This document shows, in pieces, positions 62,831 through 64,000 of a stretch of 64,000 nucleotides of DNA (positions are counted from its first letter, which is position 1; each line of letters begins with the position of its first letter). The notes under the pieces were generated by a model. The model ran no database searches. It was not told the DNA's origin and was given only the letters and a program-made list of their open reading frames with translations. This DNA is from Podospora anserina (taxonomy: Eukaryota): contig CM030337.1 of NCBI GenBank assembly GCA_017654855.1, positions 2,666,001 through 2,730,000 of the forward strand, read 5' to 3'. The position numbers and the translations under genes were made by a program.

Positions 62831-64000
62831 ATGGATGCTTTTTGGGAAAATCTCTCAAATTCCATGACCCTGCAAGACATAGAGTATGTTCTTGAACGTT
62901 TTCAAGAGCTCTTCTCTACGAGGCAGCCACACGACTCTCCTAGCATGGCTTATCTCCTGAGCCAGGAGAGTCTCACATGGCAGTTGCACTTTGCCAAAAC
63001 TATGGACAGTGCTTCTCTCCAAAAAGCGCTCGAAACAAGCGACGCTGCTCTCTGCCATTTGCAACTTGATGGGCCCAATGGCCCTGATTCTGACAAGAGC
63101 GCGGTCTATGAGAGTGTCGCCAACAGTCGCTACACTCACTTTCAAGCAACTGGAAGTTTTGACAGCATCAAAGCTGCCATAGACCACTGCATTGTGGCAC
63201 TCAACTTTGAGGAGGCCGGAACTGCACGGTGGAGTGCTCTAGCCGTTGCAAAATTGAGCATTTACCTGATGGATCGGGTTGTGATGCTCCCTACACAGGA
63301 GCACGTTTCCGAAGCCGTGGAATTCTTTCGAAAACACTCTTCTACAGCAAACAAGCTCAGTCCAACCTACCACGCGCAGTTCCTATCTAGATTCAGCGTG
63401 GCTCTGTTTCACAAGTGCATGTTCGCTTCTGACGAGCCTGCCATCATGGAGGAAGCTCTGAAGCTTGGTTATCGGTCCATCGACATCATTCCGCCTGAAG
63501 CTGCAACCATGGAATACACAAATTGTGCCGGGATTCTTCAGCAACGCTTCCAACAAACCCTTCAGTTCAGTGTACTTGAGCACGCTCTTCAGATCTCCCG
63601 GTTGGCTGTGAAACATGAAGCGTCGAAGGACGTTGCGGAGAAGGCTGGGAAGCTGACGGCTCTCGGCAACATGCTGGTAACCAAATGTCAAAGATACATT
63701 GAAACCAAATCTCGGGAAGCGTTGCAAGCCTTAGAGGAGGCAATCCAGCTGGGTCGAGAGGCCGTCCGCACTCTGCAGCCAATAGACCCAAGTTCCAATG
63801 CACTTCTCAGACACGAAAAGTCCCATACGCTCACTTTGATTGCGCCATGGTTCGCCCTCAAATCGAGTGTAACCGGAGATCTTCGGTGTGGCGAGGAAGG
63901 TGTTCGGCTTCTTCAACAGGCCCTGACACTGACCTCGGATGGGCATCCAGCACGTCACCGAATTCTTACCTACTTGGCTCACATCCTCGAAACTCAACAC
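62831..64000 (+). CDS. TPR-repeat protein, probably the N-terminus of a TPR-CHAT protease (partial, runs off the window)
   Basis: Translated by hand: 390 stop-free codons from ATG 62831 (MDAFWENLSNSMTLQDIEYV...). Degenerate repeats RYTHFQATGSFDSIKAAIDHCIVAL, QRFQQTLQFSVLEHALQISRLAV, ALEEAIQLGREAVRTL and TGDLRCGEEGVRLLQQALTLTSDGHPARHRILTYLAHIL. Confidence 0.85.
   Translation, partial: MDAFWENLSNSMTLQDIEYVLERFQELFSTRQPHDSPSMAYLLSQESLTWQLHFAKTMDSASLQKALETSDAALCHLQLDGPNGPDSDKSAVYESVANSRYTHFQATGSFDSIKAAIDHCIVALNFEEAGTARWSALAVAKLSIYLMDRVVMLPTQEHVSEAVEFFRKHSSTANKLSPTYHAQFLSRFSVALFHKCMFASDEPAIMEEALKLGYRSIDIIPPEAATMEYTNCAGILQQRFQQTLQFSVLEHALQISRLAVKHEASKDVAEKAGKLTALGNMLVTKCQRYIETKSREALQALEEAIQLGREAVRTLQPIDPSSNALLRHEKSHTLTLIAPWFALKSSVTGDLRCGEEGVRLLQQALTLTSDGHPARHRILTYLAHILETQH

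Overview
Eukaryotic DNA from a filamentous ascomycete: short GT-AG introns with CTRAC-type branch sites and a gene and codon style typical of Sordariales, Podospora-like (inference). The window has three zones. (1) 0.8-18.2 kb holds metabolic and secreted genes (GH11 xylanase, HD nucleotidase, GMC oxidoreductase, two permeases, cyanamide hydratase, a 6-Cys secreted peptide) and two tRNAs. (2) About 19.4-37.2 kb is accessory and fast-evolving: four tandem, disrupted F-box-like paralogs, an FSH1 hydrolase lacking its catalytic Ser, three paralogous atypical C2H2 zinc-finger genes, a conserved F-box gene and two copies of a MITE. (3) 37.4-58.3 kb is a conserved housekeeping block (EXO5, NIPA Mg transporter, SDR, ADA2, GAL7, ERG28, IFA38, NUP170). 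After a third MITE comes the best candidate for a new system. It is a head-to-head pair of intronless genes: a long caspase-family (C14) protease and a TPR-repeat protein of the type normally fused to a CHAT protease. The TPR gene is missing from the supplied ORF track because it runs off the window. The pair suggests a fungal two-protease immune or cell-death cascade, but the CHAT domain is not visible here. All exon boundaries were read by eye.
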